DNA of 27,015 bases from positions 1 through 27,015 of the IMG/VR virus record IMGVR_UViG_3300004778_000005; one strand, given 5' to 3'. Position 1 is the first letter of the stretch, and each line of letters opens with the position of its first letter. Made by a program: the position numbers and the translations under genes. Under the pieces are notes generated by a model that had not been told where the DNA came from, searched no databases, and saw only the letters and a program-made list of their open reading frames with translations. Positions 14,571 to 23,919 of the stretch are shown one piece after another. The stretch is from a virus. Taxonomy: Duplodnaviria; Caudoviricetes.

Positions 14571-15833
14571 ATGGCAACTCAGCAGACTCCATCAATTCTG
14601 ACACTCGGCGGCGATGCTGTCACCGTTCCTCGTAGGCCATCTTGGACTGAATCTACAAAGGTTGAAGTTCTTGCCGTTGTCCCGACGCTTAATGCTGGCG
14701 TTCTGACCTTGACCCACTCGGAAGATAGCAGGGTTTACACAAACTTCACCAAGGACAACTATAGCGCGGCTACCTTCCCCACCGCTAGTGGGTACACTGG
14801 TCTAGCCTCTCACTGGCTTGGCCCGGTTCTGCCCGGTTCCCAGATTAAGGGTGCGTCTGGCGCTACGCAGACCTCTGTTAAGTCTAGCCTCACCTCAAAC
14901 ATGACGGCTGCTCTTGCAGACGTTACGCTTACCGCGCTAGATTATGGCCCCTATGGGGACGATATTTCCGTGGACTATGATGAAAACACGACGGCAGACT
15001 CACCGCTGGTTGTTGAGACTGTTGGTAACGCAATCACAGTCACTCTAGCTAGTGGTAGCACTACCCACTCCACCGCCACAATCGGCGGGCTTGACTATAC
15101 CGCCAAGCTGGAAGGCGTTGCTGGAGATGATATCACCGTAGCACACGTTGTCACTGGTATGTCAACTCCGCTCACCTGTACTGTAGAGGACACAGCAATT
15201 ACCGTTGGTCTGGCTACAGATGCTGGGGTCGCCGCTTCTGCGACTATCGGCGGCATGGTCTATACTGCTAAGGCTAAGGGTGCGGCTGGGAATAGCATTA
15301 CGGTTAGGCATCTCGGTGGTACTTCCCAGACCCTCGCTTGTACTGTTTCTTCAAGTGCGATTACTGTTCAACTTGCCACAGATGGAGCAGGTGCTGTAAC
15401 GTCTACCGGAGCACAAGTTATCGCCATAATCGCTGCTACCCCGGCTGCCACCGCTCTTGTTTCGGCTACCGGAACCACCCCCACCGTTGTAACCGCGACT
15501 AACCTCGCTAACGGCGCTCAGGGTGCGGTCGCATCGACTGGCGCTCAGGTTATCGCTAAGATTGCTGCTACTCCAACCGCTAATGCTCTTGTTTCGGTAA
15601 CTGGTACAACTCCTAGTGCCGCCTCCGCCACCAACCTCGCTAACGGCTCAGATGCCTTCCCAGTCGCTTCCACGGCTGCTCAGGTTGCCGCTGCTATTAA
15701 CGCAGATTTTGGCGCGAAGAACCTTGTTGTGGCTACGCATGAGGGCAACGGTAGTGGTTTGGTAAACGCGATGAACCACGCTCACCTTACTGGTGGCGTC
15801 GATTATCGCGTCCGACTCTACTTCTCAGCATAG
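14571..15833 (+). CDS. virion structural protein (probable head decoration/fibre) with three nested beta-sandwich repeats
   Basis: 420 aa, A/T/G/V-rich. TAK..G..G.SITV and STxAQV...L.(N/G)G repeats resemble sheath-type insertion domains. Confidence 0.65.
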   Translation: MATQQTPSILTLGGDAVTVPRRPSWTESTKVEVLAVVPTLNAGVLTLTHSEDSRVYTNFTKDNYSAATFPTASGYTGLASHWLGPVLPGSQIKGASGATQTSVKSSLTSNMTAALADVTLTALDYGPYGDDISVDYDENTTADSPLVVETVGNAITVTLASGSTTHSTATIGGLDYTAKLEGVAGDDITVAHVVTGMSTPLTCTVEDTAITVGLATDAGVAASATIGGMVYTAKAKGAAGNSITVRHLGGTSQTLACTVSSSAITVQLATDGAGAVTSTGAQVIAIIAATPAATALVSATGTTPTVVTATNLANGAQGAVASTGAQVIAKIAATPTANALVSVTGTTPSAASATNLANGSDAFPVASTAAQVAAAINADFGAKNLVVATHEGNGSGLVNAMNHAHLTGGVDYRVRLYFSA

Positions 15834-15883
15834 GATAATCAATGGCGACCGAACTCACACATCTGTGCGTGGAGGTGGACTAG

Positions 15884-18800
15884 ATGGCCGCTACGCATAC
15901 ATCCACACAGTCGGGCCTTTGGTCGAACGCCGCAACGTGGGGCGGGTCTGCACCTGCCGACGGCGACACCGTCATCATCGCGGCAGGCCACACCGTCGAG
16001 GCGGACGCAGACCTCTCGGGCTGGACTACAGGTATCAGTAGCCTCGTCATCCAGTCGCACGCAACGACTCCGGGGATGCTCGTCGCCTCGCTGACCACCC
16101 CATCTGTGGTGCTCCCAATCAAGGCGGCGACAAATGTCTACGGGACGAGCACCGGGGCCACAAAGGGGCGCATCCTCGCCAACAGCGACAAGGTGTGGGG
16201 CAACACAGGCGCCTACCCGGTCAACCGGAAGTTCGCCATCTCGTTCCTCGGGACGAACGCGGGTCAGCTCGACTGCACCTACCTGTCGGTGGCGATGATT
16301 CCGACCGAGCCGACCGTGCCGTATCTGACTGTCTACGGGGCCATCGACACCGTTGACTCCGTTGACGTAGGAACGTCTACGCTGACCGCCGCCTCTCATG
16401 GGTTGACAGATGGTACGGCTATCGTGTTCGTGGGTACTGACCTACCCGCTCCGCTGGAGGCCGACTACGTCTACTACGTCCGTGACAAGACCACCGACAC
16501 CTTCAAGGTGGCGGAGGTATCTTCTGGCGTGGCGGTCACCCTCACGGATGCAGGGAGCGGTACACAGCGCTTCATGACTGGACACTCCTCAACGTCCACC
16601 GACCACCTGAACGTGCTGGAGGATGTCACCGCCGACGCGCACTGGGCGGTCGGGAGCGCACTCGTGCTCGTGAACGCGCTCACCCCGGTGGCGCGGGATG
16701 CCCAGTTCGTGACGCTCGACGCGGTGGACTCAGCTTCCGTGGTGGACATCTCCGCGAATGTGGACTCAGCGCAGTATCCCGGCGCACGACTCTACCTTGC
16801 CGTACGCAACGTCGCTATACGCAGTGCCGCTACCAGCAACACTCTGAACCTCGTTGTCGCTGGCAGTGTGAACCGCTACGGGGAGATTCGGAACACTGCG
16901 GCCACGGCCACGGCATACTGGGCACGAGCGTTGTCCTCAGCCAGCGGGGGAACCGCGTCCCTCATCGTGGGGTGCCAGTACGGGCTGATGTACGGCGGCG
17001 GCTGTTCTGCCACACTCATCATCGGATGCGGCTCCGCAATCTATCAGGGGGCGGCGCACGCCGCGACGACCATTGCCGGGTGCGCCACTGGAATCTCCAA
17101 TACGTCCACCGACTGTGTCGTTGGAAGCATCCTCGGGTGTGACTCAGGTGTTTCGAGTGGGACGAACCCGACAGTCACCCGCATCCAAGGGTGCACCTAT
17201 GGCCTCAACAACCCAGTGTCGGCGACTGTCGATACCATTTGCGGGTGTACTGTCGGAGTGCTTTACGGCACCTCGTGTTACGTGACCGCCGTCACAGGGT
17301 GCGGCAGCGGGATGCAGCATGGTGCGTTGAACAATGCGGGACTCGTTCGCGGCTGCATCAACGGGTGCATGTACGGAACAAACAGCCTGCGTGGAACCGT
17401 ATTCTCCGTCAACTACCGTGACCTCTACCTCACGTGCGCACGCGGATATGGTGCCTCGCTCAACTCCGCCACCCAGAACGGCGCTTACAAGCACGTGACC
17501 GTCGCCATGCCCGAGCGCAGGTTCGACGCTACCTGCTTCGACCTCAACGGGGTAGCCGGGGCCATAGGGTGTTGGACGCAGGGCGGCTTCGTGAAGTCTG
17601 CCACCTACGCCAGCGGGACACATGGGACTCCGCCCGTCGCAACCGACCTCGTCCACGAGCAGACGTTCGAGGACAGCGACCGCGTCTGCTATGTGGAACT
17701 TCCCCTCCACGCCGCGAAGGGTCACCAACTCACCGTACAAGTCCACGGAAAACTTACCGGGACGAGTGCATGGACGACCCGACCCAACTTCCAAATCGTC
17801 GACCCCAACGGCGTGTGGCAGTCCGACGCCCTCGTGCAATCGGCTGTCATGGCCGCGAACACTGACTGGCAGTCGTTCACTCTGACGTACGAGGCGACTG
17901 CGGACAAAGAACTCTACTTGCGCGTGCAGGGTGTCGGCGGGAACGCCGGTGGGACTGGCACCGAGAAACTCTACTGGTTCGTGGAAGGGGTGGAGGCCGT
18001 GCCTACCACACTCGCGGCAAACATCGCGGCGTTGTTCGACGGTACTGGCGTCGTTTCAGTTAAGTCCATCTCAGCCATTAACGAAGATGGTGATGCAGTT
18101 ACGTTTGGTTCCTCACACAACGACGGGGTTGGCCTAAAGGTATACGGAGCTATCGGCTCTCAGATTCTTGGACTTGCTGGAGACTCACTTGAAGTTTGGA
18201 GTATGGGGAGCAACGGCAATGGACTGTCTGTTGTTGGTAATGGTATTGGTGCTGGTTTGATTGGCGCTGGTGGCGCTAGCGGTGGTAATGGTATTCAGTT
18301 GCAGGGTAATGCTGGTATCTACGCGGTTGGTGACACCTATGGTATTTACGCAGAGGGCGATACATACGGAATCGCTGGCATCGGAACTGATACTCCAGTA
18401 AGCGTTGGTATCTACGGCGAATCTCCGCACGCGGGCATCGAAGGTAAGGGACTTGACTTCGGAATTGTTGCCCGCGCAGATGGCGGAGGCGTTTCCGAGA
18501 CCCCGGCTGGTCTAATTGCTATTGGATACGGTGCCACCGGGGCGTTCCCGAGGGCGGTTACATTCGATGGAGATACGGTATTTGATGGGAATACATCTGC
18601 TGACGCAGTATCTGTTATCTCAGACGCTGTTTGGGATGAAGCCAGAGCCGACCACAACACTGAGAACACGTTCGGTGAGTGGGTAAGAACTGGAATGTCA
18701 ACGTCAGATATCGCTACCGGGGTATGGTCTCACGAACTTCCCCATGCTACCTACGGTGGCACCGACGAAAGGGCAGGCACCTACGTCCACAATATCCAGC

Positions 18801-19360
18801 AGAATGCGCTCGGAGCCAACTCCGGAGCGACACACATCCTCACCGACCTCGACACTGTCCACGGCCTGGTAGACACGGCTATCGCAGCCATCCCAACAGT
18901 TGGAGCCATAGCAGATGCTGTTTGGGATGAGGATATCGCCTCTGGACACACTACCGAAGACTCTGCCGCTGTACACGTTACCACAATGTACTCGACTGGG
19001 GCGCTTGAGGCAACAGTAGGAAACGTCGCTTCGGCGGTATCAGACCTGCATACTGACATTGGAACTGTACTAAGCAACCTCGCAACAGTGGATACAGTTG
19101 TAGATACAATCCACTCAGACCTTGATATCGCTTATAGTGATATCGAGAATATTGGTGAGATTCTTACCGATATTCATGACACCGACCTGCCGCTAGTGAA
19201 GGTTGATACAGACCTTATCAGGAAGATTAATACCAACAAGAGGGAAGTCACCGCTTCGGCGCAGACTATCTATGATGATGACGATACTACGGTTGTAGTT
19301 GCCCAGTCACTATCAAGTTCCCCCACCCTTTACCGTCGCGGTAAGAATAGCCAACCATAG
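15884..19360 (+). CDS. large mosaic virion fibre/adhesin: G8-like N-terminus, beta-helix repeats, Gly-rich repeats, AVWDE repeats, coiled-coil C-terminus
   Basis: SGLWSNAATWGG..P..GDTVII..GHTV (G8-like), HGLTDG...YYV....DTFKV module, periodic I.GC..G repeats. SD GGAGGT. Confidence 0.7.
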   Translation: MAATHTSTQSGLWSNAATWGGSAPADGDTVIIAAGHTVEADADLSGWTTGISSLVIQSHATTPGMLVASLTTPSVVLPIKAATNVYGTSTGATKGRILANSDKVWGNTGAYPVNRKFAISFLGTNAGQLDCTYLSVAMIPTEPTVPYLTVYGAIDTVDSVDVGTSTLTAASHGLTDGTAIVFVGTDLPAPLEADYVYYVRDKTTDTFKVAEVSSGVAVTLTDAGSGTQRFMTGHSSTSTDHLNVLEDVTADAHWAVGSALVLVNALTPVARDAQFVTLDAVDSASVVDISANVDSAQYPGARLYLAVRNVAIRSAATSNTLNLVVAGSVNRYGEIRNTAATATAYWARALSSASGGTASLIVGCQYGLMYGGGCSATLIIGCGSAIYQGAAHAATTIAGCATGISNTSTDCVVGSILGCDSGVSSGTNPTVTRIQGCTYGLNNPVSATVDTICGCTVGVLYGTSCYVTAVTGCGSGMQHGALNNAGLVRGCINGCMYGTNSLRGTVFSVNYRDLYLTCARGYGASLNSATQNGAYKHVTVAMPERRFDATCFDLNGVAGAIGCWTQGGFVKSATYASGTHGTPPVATDLVHEQTFEDSDRVCYVELPLHAAKGHQLTVQVHGKLTGTSAWTTRPNFQIVDPNGVWQSDALVQSAVMAANTDWQSFTLTYEATADKELYLRVQGVGGNAGGTGTEKLYWFVEGVEAVPTTLAANIAALFDGTGVVSVKSISAINEDGDAVTFGSSHNDGVGLKVYGAIGSQILGLAGDSLEVWSMGSNGNGLSVVGNGIGAGLIGAGGASGGNGIQLQGNAGIYAVGDTYGIYAEGDTYGIAGIGTDTPVSVGIYGESPHAGIEGKGLDFGIVARADGGGVSETPAGLIAIGYGATGAFPRAVTFDGDTVFDGNTSADAVSVISDAVWDEARADHNTENTFGEWVRTGMSTSDIATGVWSHELPHATYGGTDERAGTYVHNIQQNALGANSGATHILTDLDTVHGLVDTAIAAIPTVGAIADAVWDEDIASGHTTEDSAAVHVTTMYSTGALEATVGNVASAVSDLHTDIGTVLSNLATVDTVVDTIHSDLDIAYSDIENIGEILTDIHDTDLPLVKVDTDLIRKINTNKREVTASAQTIYDDDDTTVVVAQSLSSSPTLYRRGKNSQP

Positions 19361-19368
19361 GAGATGCC

Positions 19369-19557
19369 ATGTTCGAACATCTTTTTCTGGATGGTTACTG
19401 GAGCGATGAATGGGGTTTACTGACTGATGGATTTGGTAGGCCTACAGAGGGGATTTGGGAAGCGAGAGACAATGCTCCTACTGGCTGGACTAGAGCAAAT
19501 AAGACAGCAAGAACGTGGAGCGGAAGAGACAAAACATCGGCTCAGTGGCGCGATTAG
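19369..19557 (+). CDS. 62-aa Trp-rich small protein
   Basis: SD AGGAG. W-x9-W periodicity in the C-terminal half. Confidence 0.65.
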   Translation: MFEHLFLDGYWSDEWGLLTDGFGRPTEGIWEARDNAPTGWTRANKTARTWSGRDKTSAQWRD

Positions 19558-19569
19558 TCGGAGGTCGTT

Positions 19570-20214
19570 ATGGCTGTAGTAACTAATATCACAAAGACTT
19601 TGGCGGATATCAGGAGCGATATCTACTTCCTGACTAATGAAAACTCTACGGTCTTCCCTGTAGCCAATGTCAACGAGATTATCAATAAGGGTTTCAATAA
19701 GGTGTGGGACGTTACTCACAAGGAGAACGAACTACTTAGGGCCGAAACTGTAGCAGATGTATATGATTACCAGATTCCAGAAGCAGATATGGCTAATGGC
19801 TATGCTATGGTCAAGTATGTCTATATCAGCGGCCATACGCTAGAAGAACCAGTGCAACTCTCTCCGCAGGAGTTCATCGAGGAGGATGCGAGCGTAGACA
19901 ATGCAGAACCCGATTCATACGCAATTGTTAATGATACTCTTTTTCTGTATCCTACTCCTGATTTGGTATATGATATTTCCATATACTATAGGCGCGATTT
20001 CAGTCCGCTGGTTAATGACACTGATACAGTGAGCATGACCGACCATGAAATCAACGCTGTAATCTACTTTGCGTGTTGGATGCTGAAACTAAAGGACGAG
20101 GAGATTGCTGCGGCTAGAGAATTCAAGTCGCTCCATGACGAGACTCTTGGGTTTCTGTCTATGACCGAGACCGGATGCTACCAATTCGGCAACATCTATG
20201 GTGGTGCTGGTTAA
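19570..20214 (+). CDS. head-tail adaptor / tail tubular protein A-like
   Basis: TLADIRSDI...VNEIINKG, P..Y.I....LFLYPTPD and AVIYFA patterns, plus gene position. Confidence 0.75.
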   Translation: MAVVTNITKTLADIRSDIYFLTNENSTVFPVANVNEIINKGFNKVWDVTHKENELLRAETVADVYDYQIPEADMANGYAMVKYVYISGHTLEEPVQLSPQEFIEEDASVDNAEPDSYAIVNDTLFLYPTPDLVYDISIYYRRDFSPLVNDTDTVSMTDHEINAVIYFACWMLKLKDEEIAAAREFKSLHDETLGFLSMTETGCYQFGNIYGGAG

Positions 20215-21419
20215 TGCGTAACATAGAGTATTGGCGACAGGGTACATTCATAGGTGGCAAGAACTCGACCACACCATCTACGGAGATGGAATCTAATGAG
20301 TTGCAGGACTGTCTTAACTTCTTCCCGAACAAGGACGGTTCTGAACTAGAACTACGTTCACCGTTTATTCTGAACGACTGGACTAGTGCTCACACCCATG
20401 TGAGCACTATGTCGCTAGAGAGTATGCTTTCTTCTGACGGTGGTTCACCAGCCAACCTAACCATCCTCGATGGTACACTTAGCGCCGTAGTCACGGGTGG
20501 GCATCTGCACGTATACGCCCATATCCCCGAGGGTGCTATCCCCGCTAGAAGTCTTATCACCGACGAACACATCTGGACTTCTGCTGGTAACACACTACCC
20601 GCTGGGTACTATGGATATACCCCACCAGCCAGTGTCTCAGCGTGGGCTGCGCATCTAGTTGGATTCGCAAATCTCACTAATAAGTCTTTTGTTCCCGCAG
20701 GTGGGGCTACTGATAGTTTTCTTTGTGGCCTCAAGGACTACTGGGTTAATGACACAGCCACATTCGATGGTTCACTGGAGCATATCGCCCCACTCAATAA
20801 CAATAGCCTCTGGGTTGGTGATGCAGATATATTTGTATCTGATGTTACCACTAGCACGTTCTTGACCGCGTGGATTGACAGCGCCGATACTGATACTAAG
20901 TATATGTTCGATACATGGTACGATTCTGCATCTACTCGCAGGGTCGCTACTCTAGCCTCAGACCAGTTCAAGATTGCCTCTCCGTGGTGGCTTGAGAACG
21001 AAGCAATCTCTGGCACTACGGCGGTCACTAATCCTACTGCCAAGTTCCCCACACTCCAGTTCAATGTTGTTCTTCCAGAACCCAACGTAGACCTCTACTT
21101 CAAGTTCGGATATGCAGAAGGATTAACCGGAGCGCGTGCTAATGTATATGTGAAGGATGCTAGCAATCCTCTCGCTACATGGGATTGTGTTAATGTTAAG
21201 TCTACGGTAGTCACCCCAATCACTTGCGTACTCCAGAGCACAATTGATGCTGGTCTACGCTGGGAGGGTACTGGCGTTCTTACTGGTACAATCGCGTGCG
21301 GGAAGAAACTAAACTATAGCAACGTCGCTGTGAAGATTGAGTTTTTCCAGAGTGCTACAGATACCGACAATCTAGATGTGGGCGGTATCTTCCTCGATTG
21401 CTTCGTCGGAACTCCGTAG
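20214..21419 (+). CDS. tail protein carrying the N-terminal motif of a podoviral nozzle (P22 gp10/T7 gp12-like) plus an unrelated beta-rich region (401 aa from MRNIEY)
   Basis: TAATG coupling. FIGGKNSTTP..M..NE.QDCLNF...DG..L.LR motif. Confidence 0.6.
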   Translation: MRNIEYWRQGTFIGGKNSTTPSTEMESNELQDCLNFFPNKDGSELELRSPFILNDWTSAHTHVSTMSLESMLSSDGGSPANLTILDGTLSAVVTGGHLHVYAHIPEGAIPARSLITDEHIWTSAGNTLPAGYYGYTPPASVSAWAAHLVGFANLTNKSFVPAGGATDSFLCGLKDYWVNDTATFDGSLEHIAPLNNNSLWVGDADIFVSDVTTSTFLTAWIDSADTDTKYMFDTWYDSASTRRVATLASDQFKIASPWWLENEAISGTTAVTNPTAKFPTLQFNVVLPEPNVDLYFKFGYAEGLTGARANVYVKDASNPLATWDCVNVKSTVVTPITCVLQSTIDAGLRWEGTGVLTGTIACGKKLNYSNVAVKIEFFQSATDTDNLDVGGIFLDCFVGTP

Positions 21420-21427
21420 GAGAAAAC

Positions 21428-22897
21428 ATGGCAGAGACCAAGATTCTTGATGTTGAATCATACACTCCTACCGCAATCAATGACCTGTTCACCGTCAGAG
21501 TAGATAAGAAGTGGATTCTTTTCTCCGATGCGTATACGGGTCTTTACGCATGGGATAGTTCTACTTCTTCTGCAACTCCAGTATATGACTATCTCCCATA
21601 TCAAAACCAGAGCGATGGTAGTAGCGGGAGTAACCTCGCGCTATCGTCTTGCCCGCTAGTACCCGGCGGTAGTTTCCTCACGTTTTACCGTGGGCGTCTT
21701 TTCTTCGTGAACCCAAACCTCAGCAAGGTCTACTACTCGGGAACTCGTACTGACCAATCTGTAACTATTCCGGGTAGTCTTACCTCTTGGGCTGGTACTA
21801 CATCCTATGTTCTTGGAGATTTGGTTTCAAACGGTGGGTCTAACTATGTCTGTATCGAAGCCCACACATCAGAAGCAACCTTCGACGCTACAGAACTGGC
21901 TCACTGGAGTACTTCTCGTGCTATGCACCCGTGGGAGAATTGGAACCTACGGATGGATTTGTCCCGTAATAACCCCGCTCACGGTGGTTCTCTGGTCGTA
22001 GGAGACCCCTCGCAGGCAATCATGGGTATCTGGCCTACCGATACAGGTATGCTAGTATTCAAGCAATCCTGTATTTATCTATGGTCGTGGAGCGATAGTG
22101 CTGCTCCGCATGAAGTCTCTATGGGGGCCTCTATCGAGAGGATTGTAGATGACATTGGTCTTGTATCATATCGTACGATTAAGCAAGATGGTGAAATCAT
22201 CTTCTTCCTCGGACAAGATAAGTCTGGAAAGCACGGTGTATATCGTATAGAGAATAACTCACTTACACTGGTTTCCTCTGCTATTTCAAAAGACTTACTG
22301 AATATGTCACAGACTGACTATACAAAACCGCTTCCAAGTGCTATCATCTACGACGACTTCTATCTACTTGCTATGCAAGAAAATGATGTACCTGCGCTCA
22401 AATTCGGATATAGTATACGTTTTGATGCTTGGTATCGGTTCAGTGGCATCGACGTTCTCTCTTGGGTTAAGCATACGGCATCTGGGAAGATACTAATTCT
22501 CCACTCAGATGGTCATATCTATTCATTCCCCAATGACCATGCTACTCTAGACTTCGGAACTACTGATATCTCGTGGGAGATTAAGTCTGCTACGATTGAT
22601 AACACAGACCCGATTGCTGAGAAGAAGTTCCGCGCTGCTTATGTAAACCTGGATATCATGTCTGGTGATGTCGTGTCAACTACCGACACACAGGATATCA
22701 CGGTTACTATGTATTATCCTGATTCCAGTGAGACCTCCACCGTTACTGTCGTCGGCAGAGATACTGCTGTTATCCCTCTTACTGGTAGAGCACAAGAAGC
22801 AGATATGCTTGTGTCCGGGTCTGCCGACCGCAAGATTCGTATCAGAGACCTTGTTGTTGGCTGGAGAGCACGGAGGAAGATAAATGTCCAAGACTAA
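21428..22897 (+). CDS. tail nozzle / tubular protein B-like beta-propeller with inserted CBM5/12-like module (489 aa from MAETKI)
   Basis: SD TAGGAG. FYRGRLFF, VYYSG, MLVFKQSCIY, DIGLVSYRTI, IIFFL and KKFRAAYV motifs. Confidence 0.7.
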   Translation: MAETKILDVESYTPTAINDLFTVRVDKKWILFSDAYTGLYAWDSSTSSATPVYDYLPYQNQSDGSSGSNLALSSCPLVPGGSFLTFYRGRLFFVNPNLSKVYYSGTRTDQSVTIPGSLTSWAGTTSYVLGDLVSNGGSNYVCIEAHTSEATFDATELAHWSTSRAMHPWENWNLRMDLSRNNPAHGGSLVVGDPSQAIMGIWPTDTGMLVFKQSCIYLWSWSDSAAPHEVSMGASIERIVDDIGLVSYRTIKQDGEIIFFLGQDKSGKHGVYRIENNSLTLVSSAISKDLLNMSQTDYTKPLPSAIIYDDFYLLAMQENDVPALKFGYSIRFDAWYRFSGIDVLSWVKHTASGKILILHSDGHIYSFPNDHATLDFGTTDISWEIKSATIDNTDPIAEKKFRAAYVNLDIMSGDVVSTTDTQDITVTMYYPDSSETSTVTVVGRDTAVIPLTGRAQEADMLVSGSADRKIRIRDLVVGWRARRKINVQD

Positions 22898-23102
22898 ACT
22901 CTTCCTCGGGAAGAACTCCACGCTGGAGGATGTGCAGAGATGGGCTAACACAGTAGAAGAGAAGATTGAAGTGAAGTCACTGGATGAGCCAAAGACAATG
23001 TATGTCTCGATAAGGACAACTACCACTCCACCGCAACTAGTTCTTTTTGAGAAGCGTGGAGATGTTGATGTAGAAATCGGTACGATTGATATCACCGTAT
23101 AG
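22884..23102 (+). CDS. small hypothetical virion-associated protein (72 aa)
   Basis: SD GGAGG, overlapping the upstream gene end. Confidence 0.65.
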   Translation: MSKTKLFLGKNSTLEDVQRWANTVEEKIEVKSLDEPKTMYVSIRTTTTPPQLVLFEKRGDVDVEIGTIDITV

Positions 23103-23115
23103 GAGCGTGGTCTGA

Positions 23116-23907
23116 ATGGCAATTCCCAAGCCTAGTGTTGCAACGAATAGCAACCTGAGTGCGGTGTACGATTCTGTATCAGAGAGTTGGTCGGGAGATG
23201 TTGCTCTCCTAGTACCGGGTGCTCTCCGTTCGGTTGAACCTATCAGCCGTTCATTTGGCGCTATATCAGAATGGATTGACGCAGTATGTGAGGCTGCTAC
23301 CGCTAGCACGATGGTTAGCGGCTCTGCGCTCCACTCCGATAAGGTCGTAGCGGGGAACCTAGCGGCTCAGGCTGCTGTATCTGTTATCGCAGATGTGGCA
23401 GACGGTGATACGTTCAGCAAGATTATCAAGATGCTTGAGTATCGCGCTGACCACTCTGCCGTAAACTCTACTCGCGGTGGTGTACCTGCTGGTGCTATCT
23501 CAGCGTTCGCTATGACTACTCCTCCTGATGGCTGGCTCAAATGCAACGGTGCGTCAGTTGATAGGGCTGGTACCTACGCTGCTCTCTATGCCGCTATTGG
23601 TACTACATGGGGTACGGCTGATTCTAGCCACTTTAATGTGCCTGACCTACGTGGTCAGTTCCTACGAGCATGGGCGGACGATGGCGTTACCTATGATGCT
23701 GGCCGTGTATTCGCCTCTACTCAGGCGGACGTGCTCAAGGCTCACACGCACAATACCGACCTACGCGACTTCATGAATAGCGCGTCTGCTGGTACTGGTC
23801 GCTTAGTTGGCGCTAGTTCCTTCACCGCAACTGCCTCATCGAGCACTGGTGACGCTACTGAAACCAGACCTCGCAACATCGCAGTAGCCTACTTCATCAA
23901 ATATTAA
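23116..23907 (+). CDS. tail fibre protein with phage tail collar domain
   Basis: PAGAISAFA...PPDGWLKCNG...YAALYAAIGTTWG...FNVPDLRGQFLR...ETRPRNIA...IKY. Confidence 0.9.
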   Translation: MAIPKPSVATNSNLSAVYDSVSESWSGDVALLVPGALRSVEPISRSFGAISEWIDAVCEAATASTMVSGSALHSDKVVAGNLAAQAAVSVIADVADGDTFSKIIKMLEYRADHSAVNSTRGGVPAGAISAFAMTTPPDGWLKCNGASVDRAGTYAALYAAIGTTWGTADSSHFNVPDLRGQFLRAWADDGVTYDAGRVFASTQADVLKAHTHNTDLRDFMNSASAGTGRLVGASSFTATASSSTGDATETRPRNIAVAYFIKY

Positions 23908-23919
23908 AGGAGGTTACTG

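Noticed and set aside
14571-15833. Contractile tail sheath gene (myovirus)
   Set aside because: Only the insertion-type repeats are present. There is no conserved sheath C-terminal domain, tube, baseplate or tape measure, and the downstream genes are podoviral.
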